A DNA stretch of 32,000 bases from Syntrophobacteraceae bacterium (GCA_031292215.1 JARLHO010000148.1:1-32000); one strand, 5' to 3'; shown: positions 9,401 through 18,237, counted from the stretch's first letter. Made by a program: numbers and translations. Notes: generated by a model from the sequence alone, not told the origin.

Positions 9401-10837
9401 TCTCAGCGCCTTTATCGTTTCCTCGTAGCCCCTTATGCGCGTATCGAGGGATTCGAGCTCACGATGCACCCGGGTCTTAGTCTCAAGCGCCCTTCCCCAC
9501 GCCGCGCGGCATTCCTCCAAAAGGGCCGGCGCGCTCCGCGCGTCCACCTCGCGGCCCGGGAGCGCCTTTTGGCAATCCTCCAGGCTCTGGCGCGCGAGTT
9601 TAAACAGGGCGACATTGCGGGAAATCTGCTCCCAGGCCTTGGAAACATCGGAAAGCCCTTCGGCCGCCTGGTCTCTTTGCGCAGACAGCGCGTCCACTTT
9701 CGTCTGCAACTTTTGGTACCTTTTTTCGAGGTCTTCGACTTTTCGTTCGCTATGCCTCAGTTCCTCCTTTGCCGCATCGAAGCCACTGGAAACCTTTTCG
9801 ATTTCCAGGGCTATTTTTAACGCTTGCCTGCGCTCGCGCGCGATGTCTTCGGCCTTTGCCCGTTCCCGTTGTTTCTCTTCGAGCTCGGAAGTAAGGCGAC
9901 CATGTTTTCGTTCGAGTTCGCGCGCAACCATTTGAAGGGCGTTAAGCTCGGCCTTTCGGCCCAGGTGCTCGGCCCTGGCGCCGTCGGCAATCCGCCTGAG
10001 ATTCAGGAGCCGAAGCCGCGCGCCCTGGAAGGCCGATTCCAACATGGCAAACCCTGCCTTGAAGATACCCTCGATTACCTGGTACTTGCTCTCAGCCGAT
10101 GCTATCTCGCGCCGAGTGAGCCTGCAGGCGTCGAGGTTATCGCGCATTCTGGCCACATGGTTTCGAAGCGACTGGTCTTCGGCCAGCAGGTAGTTTCGCA
10201 GCCCCTTTTGAATCGAGCCCGACAACCCCCCGTACATGCTGGTCTGAAGCATGCGGTTAAACTTTTCGCGCTCGGCGTAGGATTCCATGCGCATGGGGGT
10301 TATCCCCAGCTCAAAGAGGCGCGCGGTGTACTGCCCGACCGAATCGCACACCTGAAAGGATGCTCCCGATTGTCCAAGGCTGCGGGAGAGTTCGAAGAGT
10401 TCGGCCACCCGTTCGCAGTCGTTTTCCCGAATTAAAAGCGCCTGTTGCAAAGACATGTCGGCGGGCAGTCCCTCAACGATAAACGGTGTGAGTTCGAGGC
10501 CGGGAGGAGTTTTTTTTCGGACCATGACGCCCGCCAGCATCCTTTGGCCGCCTTGGACGCCAAGCTCAAGGATCGTATACGCCACCCCCCTTGCCCCAAG
10601 TCGCCCGAAAAGGCCCCGGTCCCCTTCCACGGCGCCCCCATCGGAGACATTTCGAAACTGCAGCAACCGCTGATCGGGCAGAAGCGCCACAAAGGCCGCG
10701 ATCATGACCGTTGTCTTTCCCGCCCCGTTTTCGCCCTCTAGAGCCGTTACCGTTTCGTCCATCTCGAAGCGCTGGAAGAAAAAACCGTTCCAGTTTATCA
10801 GCACCAGGCTCTCAATTCTCGTTCTGTTGCTCTTCAT
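6401..10837 (-). CDS. mksB: MukB-like SMC ATPase MksB (condensin subunit; JetC-like)
   Basis: 1478 aa. The N-terminus RIESLVLINWNGFFFQRFEMDETVTALEGENGAGKTT is the MukB/MksB head with Walker A. The middle ~1000 aa is E/R/K/L-rich coiled coil. The C-terminus has LSTGESIGV (signature-like) and FLFLDEAARL (Walker B). It overlaps the mksE end by 26 nt. Confidence 0.85.
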   Translation of the reverse strand: MKSNRTRIESLVLINWNGFFFQRFEMDETVTALEGENGAGKTTVMIAAFVALLPDQRLLQFRNVSDGGAVEGDRGLFGRLGARGVAYTILELGVQGGQRMLAGVMVRKKTPPGLELTPFIVEGLPADMSLQQALLIRENDCERVAELFELSRSLGQSGASFQVCDSVGQYTARLFELGITPMRMESYAEREKFNRMLQTSMYGGLSGSIQKGLRNYLLAEDQSLRNHVARMRDNLDACRLTRREIASAESKYQVIEGIFKAGFAMLESAFQGARLRLLNLRRIADGARAEHLGRKAELNALQMVARELERKHGRLTSELEEKQRERAKAEDIARERRQALKIALEIEKVSSGFDAAKEELRHSERKVEDLEKRYQKLQTKVDALSAQRDQAAEGLSDVSKAWEQISRNVALFKLARQSLEDCQKALPGREVDARSAPALLEECRAAWGRALETKTRVHRELESLDTRIRGYEETIKALRSASGKSVSRENGLETAKELEDEFRNMEMMVREAANISEQLRRAVKRGERQQEVRKKASFFENMGEKAAGAQGLRSLFESLQKELTKMSEERSSLQERLATLREEKALLEQQIGRLGPEALEWKQARAIVGKLEAGLLAKITDGPSLDSLDSSARADLETVRGKLRLLHKDREATLSKISELEFGGGRLDEALVRLRDLVDGALAAELYDDTPQAEAPALEARLGPLLGALLVEDIPQAAEIISREPDRPEHVWLIEAGTLKGLPEGKPYPAAELVKMGDAWRLSRHPERPAVGRAARELEVERLRAYAESLRAETQTARSEEARLLEGLEKIGLLRRHYRFLGSPDPAEAIARLRERLGEIDSLSLPAKKRVEEIATLTRRQGELAKELAPILPDADLLDEQDWLEKSRELKTRLKGAETARTCMESIRAAMDRVRGGMYELENPPPAPEALAELKEELSKAESVLEYWSRGRELLVTLIDRLPHLKLGDQEKVLGEHQSVFEELKNQKRVLDSDLEDARRVLGQADLDYRGGREEFNSFDAKAKGLFEKLENLKIDLESTGQDGSSQSLEEAENFREASAAELKAAQKAERGVGNDLIRAEKDMETGSNRVFEARGKRKKCLKDLLPHFRAWMSLQRGIRRAGLLDRLMEPSVLSFYENKTAAQAFEDASRRQGELKNILKTIPEAAELRQELEKLFETRDSDLRRGFLILEAWLLTCQFLERSTPRDIAQADDPEIAVKQIGGYLLRLREKLDDQQRQLRQRSDSVANSIRNRIRTEERQVHQLNRRLEAVSFGTIAGIRIYLDRVESMQRLLSGLQVQKELFNSHISLEEAMSELYRQVGGGQIRGDQLLDYREYVRMSAEVRRFGSDKWIRASSSTLSTGESIGVGAAVLMVILDAWEHQAVLFRGKREVGSMRFLFLDEAARLSPKSFDTLGEFCERMDLQLLVAAPSADRARRGTAYRLVRGIDDSGAEEVVVRGRRFTGRLEEEKSSEAVSG

Positions 10838-11471
10838 CGTCTAGTTCCACTTCTCCAAGCTTTATCAGTTCTTCAAGGGCCGCCGACATCTCCCGCGCAT
10901 CCCGAACCGGTTCGGTAAATCGCGCTATCGAGCGCCCCGCAATGACACTTTCCCTTGCTCGCTCGATGGTTATAAATCCCAGGCGGGCCAGCCCGTTTAT
11001 GGCCTTATCCACGGCTTCCCGTATCTTTTTGTTGTCCATTTCCGCATCCCGCCCCCGAGTGCGGGGCGCGAGCAACTCGACGAGCCTTTGCCTTCCGAGC
11101 AGCATCTCGAGGTGGGAGAGGATTTGCTCGATTGGGATCTGCCCCCCCTTTTTGAGATAAGCCGGGTCCATGCGCAGCAGGGCAAGGACCTGGCCAACGA
11201 GCATCTCCGCCCCGCTAAGGCGCCTGCGGCCCAGCAGATCGCCCTCCGAGAGCAGATAGAAATAGCCCTCCTGCCCATTTGCCAATCGGCAGGCGTACCC
11301 TTCATAAAACACCTGCAAAAGGGGTTCGGCCTGGAGGAGAAACTCATAGGAGCGGATATCGTCCATATCGATATGAGCACCTGTTCGGAGCCGGTGATCT
11401 ATGGCTGGAAACAGGGGATCGAGGATGACCTGATCCAGGGAGGTGTAAGTCCTGTCGTTATCGGTCTGCAT
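10812..11471 (-). CDS. mksE: MksE (MukE-like, DUF4194-type) condensin subunit
   Basis: 219 aa with an acidic tail (VELDDEEQQNEN). Its position between the kleisin-like and SMC genes, and its size, fit MksE/JetB. The start ATG overlaps the mksF stop (TAATG). Confidence 0.75.
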   Translation of the reverse strand: MQTDNDRTYTSLDQVILDPLFPAIDHRLRTGAHIDMDDIRSYEFLLQAEPLLQVFYEGYACRLANGQEGYFYLLSEGDLLGRRRLSGAEMLVGQVLALLRMDPAYLKKGGQIPIEQILSHLEMLLGRQRLVELLAPRTRGRDAEMDNKKIREAVDKAINGLARLGFITIERARESVIAGRSIARFTEPVRDAREMSAALEELIKLGEVELDDEEQQNEN

Positions 11472-12781
11472 TACGGTTCCCTCTTACGCACTGTCAATGT
11501 CTGAATTTCTATTCCATTTCCCAGCGGATGCCATGATTGGTCGAGAAACGGCAGGGGGACGCCCCGTTTGATGAGCCATTCGGCAAGTTCTCCGGCAAGG
11601 GTGTACACTTCGTGGATGGTGTGGCCGGAAATGTGTTCGCTTAGAACATCGAAGAGATCGACCCGTCCGTCGCAGCGCAATTTTTCCGAGATTTTTTCCT
11701 CGATTCGCTCAAGGGGCACAAGTTTTATCCCGGCCTCTTCGACCATCTCCTCCATCGGTTTTACCTTCCGCTCGACGGCGGGAGATGGCCGGTCGTCGGA
11801 ATCGGTTCGCAAGTGAACATAGGGGGCCTGGTCACAGACGTTTAGAAACCAGAACTCCGGGCGGCCATACCCCTTTATCGCGTCCCGCAGCCTTGTCCGC
11901 ACCGCCCGGTCCGGGTCAACGGATATAACCGAGCGTATGAATTCATGAACGTTTTGATAATATTCCGACCATGTGGCGAAACGGTTTTCTCCCCATCCAC
12001 CGATCCTTTCGATCTGCCTGCGGACGTGATCGACGGCCTCAGTGGATTCGGGGCGCAAATTTTTCTCGCAGAGCTCTTCTATCTCGCCTAAAAGGGAAGA
12101 CATCCCTTCTACTTCATGCATGAGGACCTTGTGCAATTCCTGAAGCGCCTCGCTCGTGGTCACCAGGAGATCTTCGCAGGACAAAACCGCTTCGAACCAA
12201 TTTTCCTCAAGCATCGATTCGATCCCCTCACGGATTTGTTCCTGTTGGACATCCATGCCCTGCTGGCGGCGCTCGATGCCCTCGATCAGTTGGGCAACGG
12301 TCAATTTCAGCGGCCCGCTCACCTGCGATTCCCAATGGTCGTCATCCCCTCCGGCCTCGGCTGCGACTTTTATCTGGCCAAGTCCTGCCCGGATTTGAGT
12401 CATTATTATTTCAAGGCTTTTGCGGGTCAGTCCCTCCTGCTCTCCAAACCATTCGGCGATGGCGTTGCCCATGCGAGAAAGCGAATATTCTCCGCCCCGA
12501 ATTATCCCTGCGGTGTCGGTTCGCACCATCAGGCGCTGCTCGCGAAGCCTTGCGATCGCGTTTGTAGCCCGAAGAACAGACGATGCCGGATCGCTGTGGG
12601 CCACTTCGCCAACTATGCGGTAAATGTTTCGAAGCTGGTCCTCATCCAGTGTGGGATCGGGATTTATGGTCAGCCAGATATGGATGCCCGCCAGAAAGGC
12701 GGCGTCTTCCCGGTCCAGTTGGAGAGTAAAATCGAGGGACCACGTTTTCGCGATGGAATCGGCTACACTCAGATGCTTCAC
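11471..12781 (-). CDS. mksF: MksF (MukF-like kleisin, DUF3375-type) condensin subunit
   Basis: 436 aa, first gene of the F-E-B order typical of MksBEF/Wadjet operons. Helical N-terminal region plus a C-terminal winged-helix-like end. The GTG start at 12781 lacks an obvious SD, so the start is uncertain. Confidence 0.7.
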   Translation of the reverse strand: MKHLSVADSIAKTWSLDFTLQLDREDAAFLAGIHIWLTINPDPTLDEDQLRNIYRIVGEVAHSDPASSVLRATNAIARLREQRLMVRTDTAGIIRGGEYSLSRMGNAIAEWFGEQEGLTRKSLEIIMTQIRAGLGQIKVAAEAGGDDDHWESQVSGPLKLTVAQLIEGIERRQQGMDVQQEQIREGIESMLEENWFEAVLSCEDLLVTTSEALQELHKVLMHEVEGMSSLLGEIEELCEKNLRPESTEAVDHVRRQIERIGGWGENRFATWSEYYQNVHEFIRSVISVDPDRAVRTRLRDAIKGYGRPEFWFLNVCDQAPYVHLRTDSDDRPSPAVERKVKPMEEMVEEAGIKLVPLERIEEKISEKLRCDGRVDLFDVLSEHISGHTIHEVYTLAGELAEWLIKRGVPLPFLDQSWHPLGNGIEIQTLTVRKREP

Positions 12782-13120
12782 TGTATTGATAAACCTGTGC
12801 AGAGGGGATTGAAACCGAAGGGACGACCGATGCCGGGCTGTCGAGCCTTACTTCGCAAACACCGGGGGAGGGGAACAGAAAAGCGCTCACTTCCCCGGCC
12901 TCCCGTCCCCGAAAAAACTGCCGACCTTTCCGAGGTCGCACTCAATACCATGAAGCTTTACGGAAGAACAGCCCCGAGTTACATCTTGTGGAGATCTCTT
13001 AAAAAACAAGAGCGGCGAGGACTGGTGGCAAACCAACCGGAGAGGTCATGGGCCGACGGCCTCACGGTCTCACACCCCCGGGTATGTTTGAACGGAGTTT
13101 ACTCCGTGGCGTAGGAAAAG

Positions 13121-13396
13121 GGTTGAAATCCCCCCAACTCCCCTTTGCAAAACTTACAATTACCCACACATGCGCCCACCTCTCTCCTTTTGCAAAGTTG
13201 CAAATAAGGGGGGCGAGCGAGCCCAGCCGGTCCATGCGCGTCATTGCAAGCGGCTGGAGAGTAAATCCCCCCAACCCCTTGAAAAAAAGGGGGGCGATCG
13301 GGCCAAGCCCCTTCTTGGGAGTCTCCGCTAAGTGGCAAGTGGGCGCATGTGTGGGTAATTGTAAGGCAAAAAAGGGGGGGCGATCGGGCCAAGCCC
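13121..13396. repeat. Cluster of nested repeats: a 27-bp perfect inverted repeat plus 3 copies of the 'ggggggcga(t/g)cg(a/g)gcc' unit and 2 copies of 'aaatccccccaac(t)cccctt'
   Basis: The inverted repeat is cttacaattacccacacatgcgcccac (13153-13179) = reverse complement of 13339-13365, separated by 159 bp. G-rich units start at 13208, 13289 and 13374. C-rich units lie at 13126-13150 and 13263-13283. 13193-13250 aligns with 5134-5184 (ttgcaaa..ggggggcga.cgagcc..gcc...tgcg.gtcattgcaa). All ORFs through it translate to repeat-driven nonsense. Confidence 0.7.
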
Positions 13397-13564
13397 ATTT
13401 CTAAATTACTGCTCATGCGCTTAGGGCAAACAATATTTAAGCGCCCCGGGGCAAATCGTGAACCCAACCCGGTATGAAGTTTTATTTGCGGTCAAATCGG
13501 CGAACAGGTCTTGGGGAAAGATTTGAGGTCACCAGCCGCTACGGGTCGCATAATCCTTCGAGTT

Positions 13565-13586
13565 GGCGCCGCCCGAAGGCGGCGCC
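13565..13586 (-). terminator. Stable GC hairpin 29 nt downstream of the Cys-rich gene
   Basis: ggcgccgcc-cgaa-ggcggcgcc (9-bp perfect stem, tetraloop). There is no U-tract, so intrinsic-terminator status is uncertain. Confidence 0.4.
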
Positions 13587-13614
13587 CGTCCTCCCCGCAT
13601 CCACACGCCCCGCT

Positions 13615-13887
13615 TTACACTATCTTGGTTGGAGGGTCCTGGTTCCCCATGAGCACGATATCTCTGGGGTTGCAAAGCTGGCTTGGAAGCTCCGCCACCC
13701 TTCCACAACCAACGCATACGAAATTGATCTTTTCAAGTTTTGGTTTACATATATGCCTTGGGTCCGTCGCCGGCTGTCCGCAGTGCTCACACACATAGGC
13801 GCTCTCAAATTCAATGGGATCGCACAGGTGTCCACCCTTTCCGGCCGCTTTTCCACAGGTCTTGCAGACTTGCGCATTCTTCTCCAT
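13615..13887 (-). CDS. Small Cys-rich protein with three tandem V-C-x2-C-G-x8-(H/Q)-(L/I)-C-x-P modules
   Basis: 90 aa. The modules are VCKTCGKAAGKGGHLCDP, VCEHCGQPATDPRHICKP and VCVGCGRVAELPSQLCNP. GAGGAG lies 8 nt upstream of the ATG (aagaGGAGaaatatcggATG). No family name recalled. Confidence 0.6.
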   Translation of the reverse strand: MEKNAQVCKTCGKAAGKGGHLCDPIEFESAYVCEHCGQPATDPRHICKPKLEKINFVCVGCGRVAELPSQLCNPRDIVLMGNQDPPTKIV

Positions 13888-14203
13888 CCGATATTTCTCC
13901 TCTTAAAGAGATAGCCCCATATAAACCGGCATCGTTTTCAATGCGGCCGGCGTCGGTCAGTCGAAAATATTCATTGAGTCACGCATCATGTTATGCACTC
14001 CGGAAGTGTGTGTCAATCCGGCTACCGCGGGGTTAAATCGGCAAGATGAAAGTCACCCTATACGTCAAGAAATCTATTGAAAAACCCACGCGTTGTACAA
14101 GGTGTCTCATCCAAAAGATACGACCGACGGGTGAGGTTTGGCCAAGGCCGCAGCGTAAAAGGCGCTTTCCATGTCGTTCGGTCGGCTTTTTGCAGATATT
14201 ATG

Positions 14204-14232
14204 GCCAATTAACCTTTCATTCGGGGTATAAT
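14204..14232 (+). promoter_or_regulatory. Possible sigma-70 promoter of tex (perfect -10 only)
   Basis: TATAAT at 14227-14232, 52 nt upstream of the tex ATG. The -35 region (gccaat, 17-bp spacing) is poor. Confidence 0.3.
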
Positions 14233-14284
14233 GCGCCGGGCGAGGAGTCGCCCAATCTATCGGACCAGGATTTGAAAGGAAGCC

Positions 14285-16555
14285 ATGAACCAGGATCACC
14301 TCGATTCCATTTCCCGTGAAATGGGTCTTAGGCCTTATCAGGTAAGCGCTACGGCGGCTCTTCTCGAAGAGGGCGCCACCGTGCCGTTTATCGCCAGGTA
14401 CCGCAAGGAAGCAACTGGAACCCTCGACGAGACCCTCGTTGCGGCGATTCGCGACCGGCTCGCCCAGTTGGATGTGCTCGAAAAACGAAGAAGCGCCGTC
14501 CTGAAATCCTTGCGCGAACAGGAAAAGCTAACCGATCGGTTGGAAGAGCGCATACTGCGGGCTGGAACTCTTACGGAAATCGAAGACATCTACCTGCCGT
14601 TTCGCCCCAAACGCCGCACGCGAGCGTCCATAGCCAGGGAAAAAGGGCTGGAGCCACTTGCGCTCGCCCTTTTCGAACAGGACCCCGCACGGGATCCGAT
14701 AGACCTTGCCCAAAGCTTTATAAGTCCGGAAAAGGAAGTAGCCTCGGAGGAAGACGCCCTCTGCGGGGCAAGGGACATCATCGCCGAATGGGTAAATGAA
14801 AACGGGGATTCCCGTTTGAAGCTGCGTTCGCTTTTTTTCACCAAAGGAATGCTGCGCTCCCGGGTCGTTCCCGGAAAAGAAGCCGAGGGGATGCAGTATC
14901 GAGACTACTTCGACAAGGAAGAGCCGATCGCTCGCGCCCCGTCTCACAGGGTGCTGGCCGTGCGAAGGGGAGAGCAGGAAGGTTTTCTTACGGTGCGCAT
15001 CGAACCTCCCGAAATGGAGGCCGTAAACATTCTCGAGGCCATTTTCGTAAAAAATGATTCGGCCTCCTCTGCCCAGGTCCGGGCCGCGGTCCGCGACAGC
15101 TATAAACGGCTGCTTTCGCCCTCTCTTGAAACGGAGATGAAAAACGAATCCAAACTCCGCGCCGATCGTGAAGCCATCCGGGTGTTTGCCGAAAATCTGC
15201 GCCATCTTTTGATGGCGCCGCCTCTTGGCTTTAAAAAAGTGATGGCGCTGGACCCGGGATTCCGCACCGGGTGCAAACTGGTTTGCCTGGACCCGCAGGG
15301 AAAGCTCGTCCATACAGAAACGATTTACCCACACCTTGGGGCAAAGGAGTCCGAGAAGGCCGGGGCGCGCATTCGCGCACTATCGCGGGAATTTTTAACC
15401 GAGGCCATCGCCATTGGAAACGGCACTGCCGGCCGGGAAACCGAGTCGTTTATCCGAAATCTGGGCCTTCCCCAAGAGATCCAGTTGATCATGGTCGATG
15501 AAAGCGGCGCTTCGATCTACTCTGCCTCAACTGTTGCGCGCGAGGAGTTTCCCGACTTCGATCTGACCGTTCGCGGGGCCGTATCGATAGGCAGGCGGCT
15601 AATCGATCCCCTGGCCGAGTTGGTCAAAATCGATCCCAAATCCATTGGAGTGGGACAGTACCAGCATGATGTGGATCAAACCGAGTTGAAAAAGGGGTTA
15701 GACGATGTCGTCGCCAGTTGTGTCAACGCGGTGGGAGTCGAGGTCAATTCGGCCAGCCCCCAGCTCCTCTCTTATATCTCGGGCCTTGGGCCTCAGCTTG
15801 CCGCAAATATCGTGTCCCACCGGGAAAAAAACGGGCCGTTTGGCAAAAGGGCGGAGTTAAAAAAAGTTACACGCCTTGGCCCCCGGGCCTTTGAACAATC
15901 GGCTGGTTTTTTGCGCATCTCCGATGGAAAAAACCCGCTGGATGCAAGCGCTGTCCACCCGGAATCCTACCCGATCGTCGAGAAAATGGCCACAGACCTT
16001 GGCTGTTCGGTTGCCGACCTGATACGGGAAGCCTCTTTCAGGGAAAAAATCGATCCCGCGCGGTATGTAACCGAAAAGGTCGGAATTCCCACCCTTGTCG
16101 ATATCTTGTCCGAGCTCGCAAAACCGGGAAGAGACCCCCGCAAATCCTTTGAGCCCTTCTCGTTTGCCGCGGGAGTGGAAAAACTGACCGACCTTGAGCG
16201 CGGCATGAAGCTGCCGGGAATTGTGACCAACGTGACCGCCTTCGGCGCCTTTGTCGACATCGGGGTTCACCGGGACGGCCTTGTCCACTTAAGCGAACTC
16301 TGCGATAGATTCGTAAGTGAGCCCCGCGAAGTGGTAAAGGTGCATCAAAAGGTAACGGTCACCATCCTCGAGGTGGACCTGGAAAGAGGGCGCGTATCGC
16401 TTTCCATGAAATCGGGAGCTGCCGAAACGGTCATGGCCGCGCCAAAACCCGAAAAGTCGGCGCCCGCAACCGGGCCGCAGCGCGCCAATCCGGTTGCCAA
16501 GCCAAAGACAGCCTTTAACAATCCTTTCGAAAACGCCTTTAAGAAACGGGATTGA
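14285..16555 (+). CDS. tex: Tex transcription accessory protein (YqgF/RuvC-like, HhH and S1 domains)
   Basis: 756 aa. The N-terminus ...QVSATAALLEEGATVPFIARYRKEATGTLDE is the Tex hallmark. The C-terminal S1 domain is GMKLPGIVTNVTAFGAFVDIGVHRDGLVHLSEL. AAGGAAG SD. Confidence 0.9.
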   Translation: MNQDHLDSISREMGLRPYQVSATAALLEEGATVPFIARYRKEATGTLDETLVAAIRDRLAQLDVLEKRRSAVLKSLREQEKLTDRLEERILRAGTLTEIEDIYLPFRPKRRTRASIAREKGLEPLALALFEQDPARDPIDLAQSFISPEKEVASEEDALCGARDIIAEWVNENGDSRLKLRSLFFTKGMLRSRVVPGKEAEGMQYRDYFDKEEPIARAPSHRVLAVRRGEQEGFLTVRIEPPEMEAVNILEAIFVKNDSASSAQVRAAVRDSYKRLLSPSLETEMKNESKLRADREAIRVFAENLRHLLMAPPLGFKKVMALDPGFRTGCKLVCLDPQGKLVHTETIYPHLGAKESEKAGARIRALSREFLTEAIAIGNGTAGRETESFIRNLGLPQEIQLIMVDESGASIYSASTVAREEFPDFDLTVRGAVSIGRRLIDPLAELVKIDPKSIGVGQYQHDVDQTELKKGLDDVVASCVNAVGVEVNSASPQLLSYISGLGPQLAANIVSHREKNGPFGKRAELKKVTRLGPRAFEQSAGFLRISDGKNPLDASAVHPESYPIVEKMATDLGCSVADLIREASFREKIDPARYVTEKVGIPTLVDILSELAKPGRDPRKSFEPFSFAAGVEKLTDLERGMKLPGIVTNVTAFGAFVDIGVHRDGLVHLSELCDRFVSEPREVVKVHQKVTVTILEVDLERGRVSLSMKSGAAETVMAAPKPEKSAPATGPQRANPVAKPKTAFNNPFENAFKKRD

Positions 16556-16577
16556 TCCAAAGCCCGAAGACTTTGCA

Positions 16578-18182
16578 ATGTTTTTGCTTCCGGCTCGCCT
16601 GGGTCGGGGCCACTGGCACAAGGGATTACAAGTGAGAAATATTTCCAATTCGCTGGCATTCAGGCTTCTTTGCCTCCTGCTGCTTGTAAGCGCTATTATC
16701 TTCATTTCCCTTACCTGGTTCATTGTACGGGCAGAGAAACGGCGCATTTCAGGGGAAGCCATACGCACCAACGAACTACTTCTGCGTTCCATGCGCCAGA
16801 GCATGTTGCTCAATCGCCAGAAGGATGTCGGCCACACGATAGATGCCTTGGGCAGCGGACCCGGAGTTTACGGAATAAGGATTTACGACAAAAACGGAAG
16901 GATCGCTTTCAGCGCGAAAAGGCAGGAAATAGGGCAAAAGGCCAACATGAAGGCCAAAGAGTGCATTGTATGCCATAGAGACGACAAACCGCTTGAAAAT
17001 ATTCCGAAAGCCGACCGGACTCGAAGTTTTGTCTCTCCGGACGGCTACCGGATACTCGGCGCTTTTGAAGCAATTCATAATGAACCCGCCTGCTCCGCGC
17101 CCGGATGCCACCCGCCTCCGTCCAGGCGGAAAATATTGGGCATGCTAGACTCCCAGTTTAACCTCGGAGGGGCGGGCCGCAATATTTTCAGCAGCCTCAA
17201 CCTCATGATCCTGTACTCCCTGGGCGCTATTTTGCTAATCGAGCTCTTTGCGGGACTTTTCATCATTCGCAACGTAAACATGCGCCTGGCAAAGCTCGCC
17301 GAAGGACCGCGCGAGGTCAAGTTGGGCAACCTGGATTTCAGCATTCAGATCGAAGGAAACGACGAGATAGCCGATCTGGCTCATTCGTTTAACAGCATGG
17401 TGGTAAGCCTCAAACGGGCCGAAGCTGAAAACAGGCAACTATCCCGCAGGGTGGTGCACAACGCGAAAATGGCTTCGATGGGTAAGCTCGCGGCCTCGGT
17501 GGCCCATGAAATCAACAACCCTCTTAGCGGCATCCTGGCCTACAGCCGGCTTATATCCCGCAAGATAAGCGAAGGACCCATGACGGAGGAAGACAGCAAG
17601 GAAGCCATGAAGCACTTCGAGGCGTGCATCGGCGAGATCAAGCGGTGCGGAAACATCGTCAGAAACCTGCTTCAGTTTTCCCGAAATTCCGAATCGGTCT
17701 TTGAAAAAGTTGACATACACAATATTATCGACAAAAGTCTTTTAATAACCAACCACCATTTCCAGATACATAACATAGAGACGATAACGGAGATGGAGGC
17801 GCGCGATCCGACGTTTTTCGGAAATGCAAACCAAATAGAGCAGGTACTGATCGCCCTGTTCATGAACGCTGTGGAAGCCATGCCCGGGGGGGGCGCCCTT
17901 ACCGTTTCGACCAGGGACGCCGCAGACCGCAACGCGCTGCTGGTGAGCGTAGCCGATAACGGCAAAGGAATCCCGCCTGAAATCCGGTCGAACATATTCG
18001 AGCCGTTTTTCACGACCAAGCAGGGGGGACATAGCGTTGGGATGGGCCTGTCGGTCGTCTACGGCATCATGCTTGGACACCGCGGGCAAATCGAGGTCGA
18101 ATCCGAACCGGAGCGCGGCACTACCTTCCTGCTCACATTCCCTAGAGAAATAGAGCCGAGCGGCGAGAACGCGCCAATATAG
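16578..18182 (+). CDS. Sensor histidine kinase (2 TM, periplasmic domain with CXXCH and CX4CH, HAMP, HisKA, HATPase)
   Basis: H-box [14 protein letters not shown]-box [10 protein letters not shown]-boxes DNGKGIP and GMGLSVV. HAMP follows TM2. The periplasmic segment carries CIVCH (nt 16962-16976) and CSAPGCH (nt 17091-17111). The start is uncertain (ATG 16578 or GTG 16633). The tracked ORF start at 16494 overlaps tex. Confidence 0.85.
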   Translation: MFLLPARLGRGHWHKGLQVRNISNSLAFRLLCLLLLVSAIIFISLTWFIVRAEKRRISGEAIRTNELLLRSMRQSMLLNRQKDVGHTIDALGSGPGVYGIRIYDKNGRIAFSAKRQEIGQKANMKAKECIVCHRDDKPLENIPKADRTRSFVSPDGYRILGAFEAIHNEPACSAPGCHPPPSRRKILGMLDSQFNLGGAGRNIFSSLNLMILYSLGAILLIELFAGLFIIRNVNMRLAKLAEGPREVKLGNLDFSIQIEGNDEIADLAHSFNSMVVSLKRAEAENRQLSRRVVHNAKMASMGKLAASVAHEINNPLSGILAYSRLISRKISEGPMTEEDSKEAMKHFEACIGEIKRCGNIVRNLLQFSRNSESVFEKVDIHNIIDKSLLITNHHFQIHNIETITEMEARDPTFFGNANQIEQVLIALFMNAVEAMPGGGALTVSTRDAADRNALLVSVADNGKGIPPEIRSNIFEPFFTTKQGGHSVGMGLSVVYGIMLGHRGQIEVESEPERGTTFLLTFPREIEPSGENAPI

Positions 18183-18237
18183 GGCGGGGCCGTCGTTTCC
18201 TGCTGTGGATATTTATTTGACTGGAGATCGGGAGAAG

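Noticed and set aside
6409-10741. Many 60-200 aa ORFs on both strands inside mksB (e.g. 8986..9480, 9435..9935, 9824..10435, 7941..8387)
   Set aside because: These are shadow ORFs of a GC-rich, codon-biased coiled-coil gene. Their products are Ser/Arg/Pro/Ala-rich with no motifs or SDs, and they are fully nested in a 1478-aa gene with clear MukB-type motifs.
5243-12781. Calling the Mks operon a Wadjet defence system
   Set aside because: There is no JetD/MksG-like gene on either flank within the window, so the defence call is unsupported. It is recorded as a condensin with an open question instead.
12116-13114. 332-aa plus-strand ORF antisense to mksF and running into the repeat region
   Set aside because: It has no recognisable motif and an antisense-shadow composition. 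Its 3' third is repeat or intergenic DNA.
13048-13467. ORFs 13048..13404 (+), 13062..13274 (-) and 13099..13467 (-) across the repeat cluster
   Set aside because: Their 'proteins' repeat the same peptide strings in both orientations (e.g. THTCAHL, CVGNCK) because they translate inverted repeats. There is no SD.
14528-15334. 268-aa ORF antisense to tex
   Set aside because: It is nested in a gene with unmistakable Tex motifs, and its composition is typical of an antisense frame.
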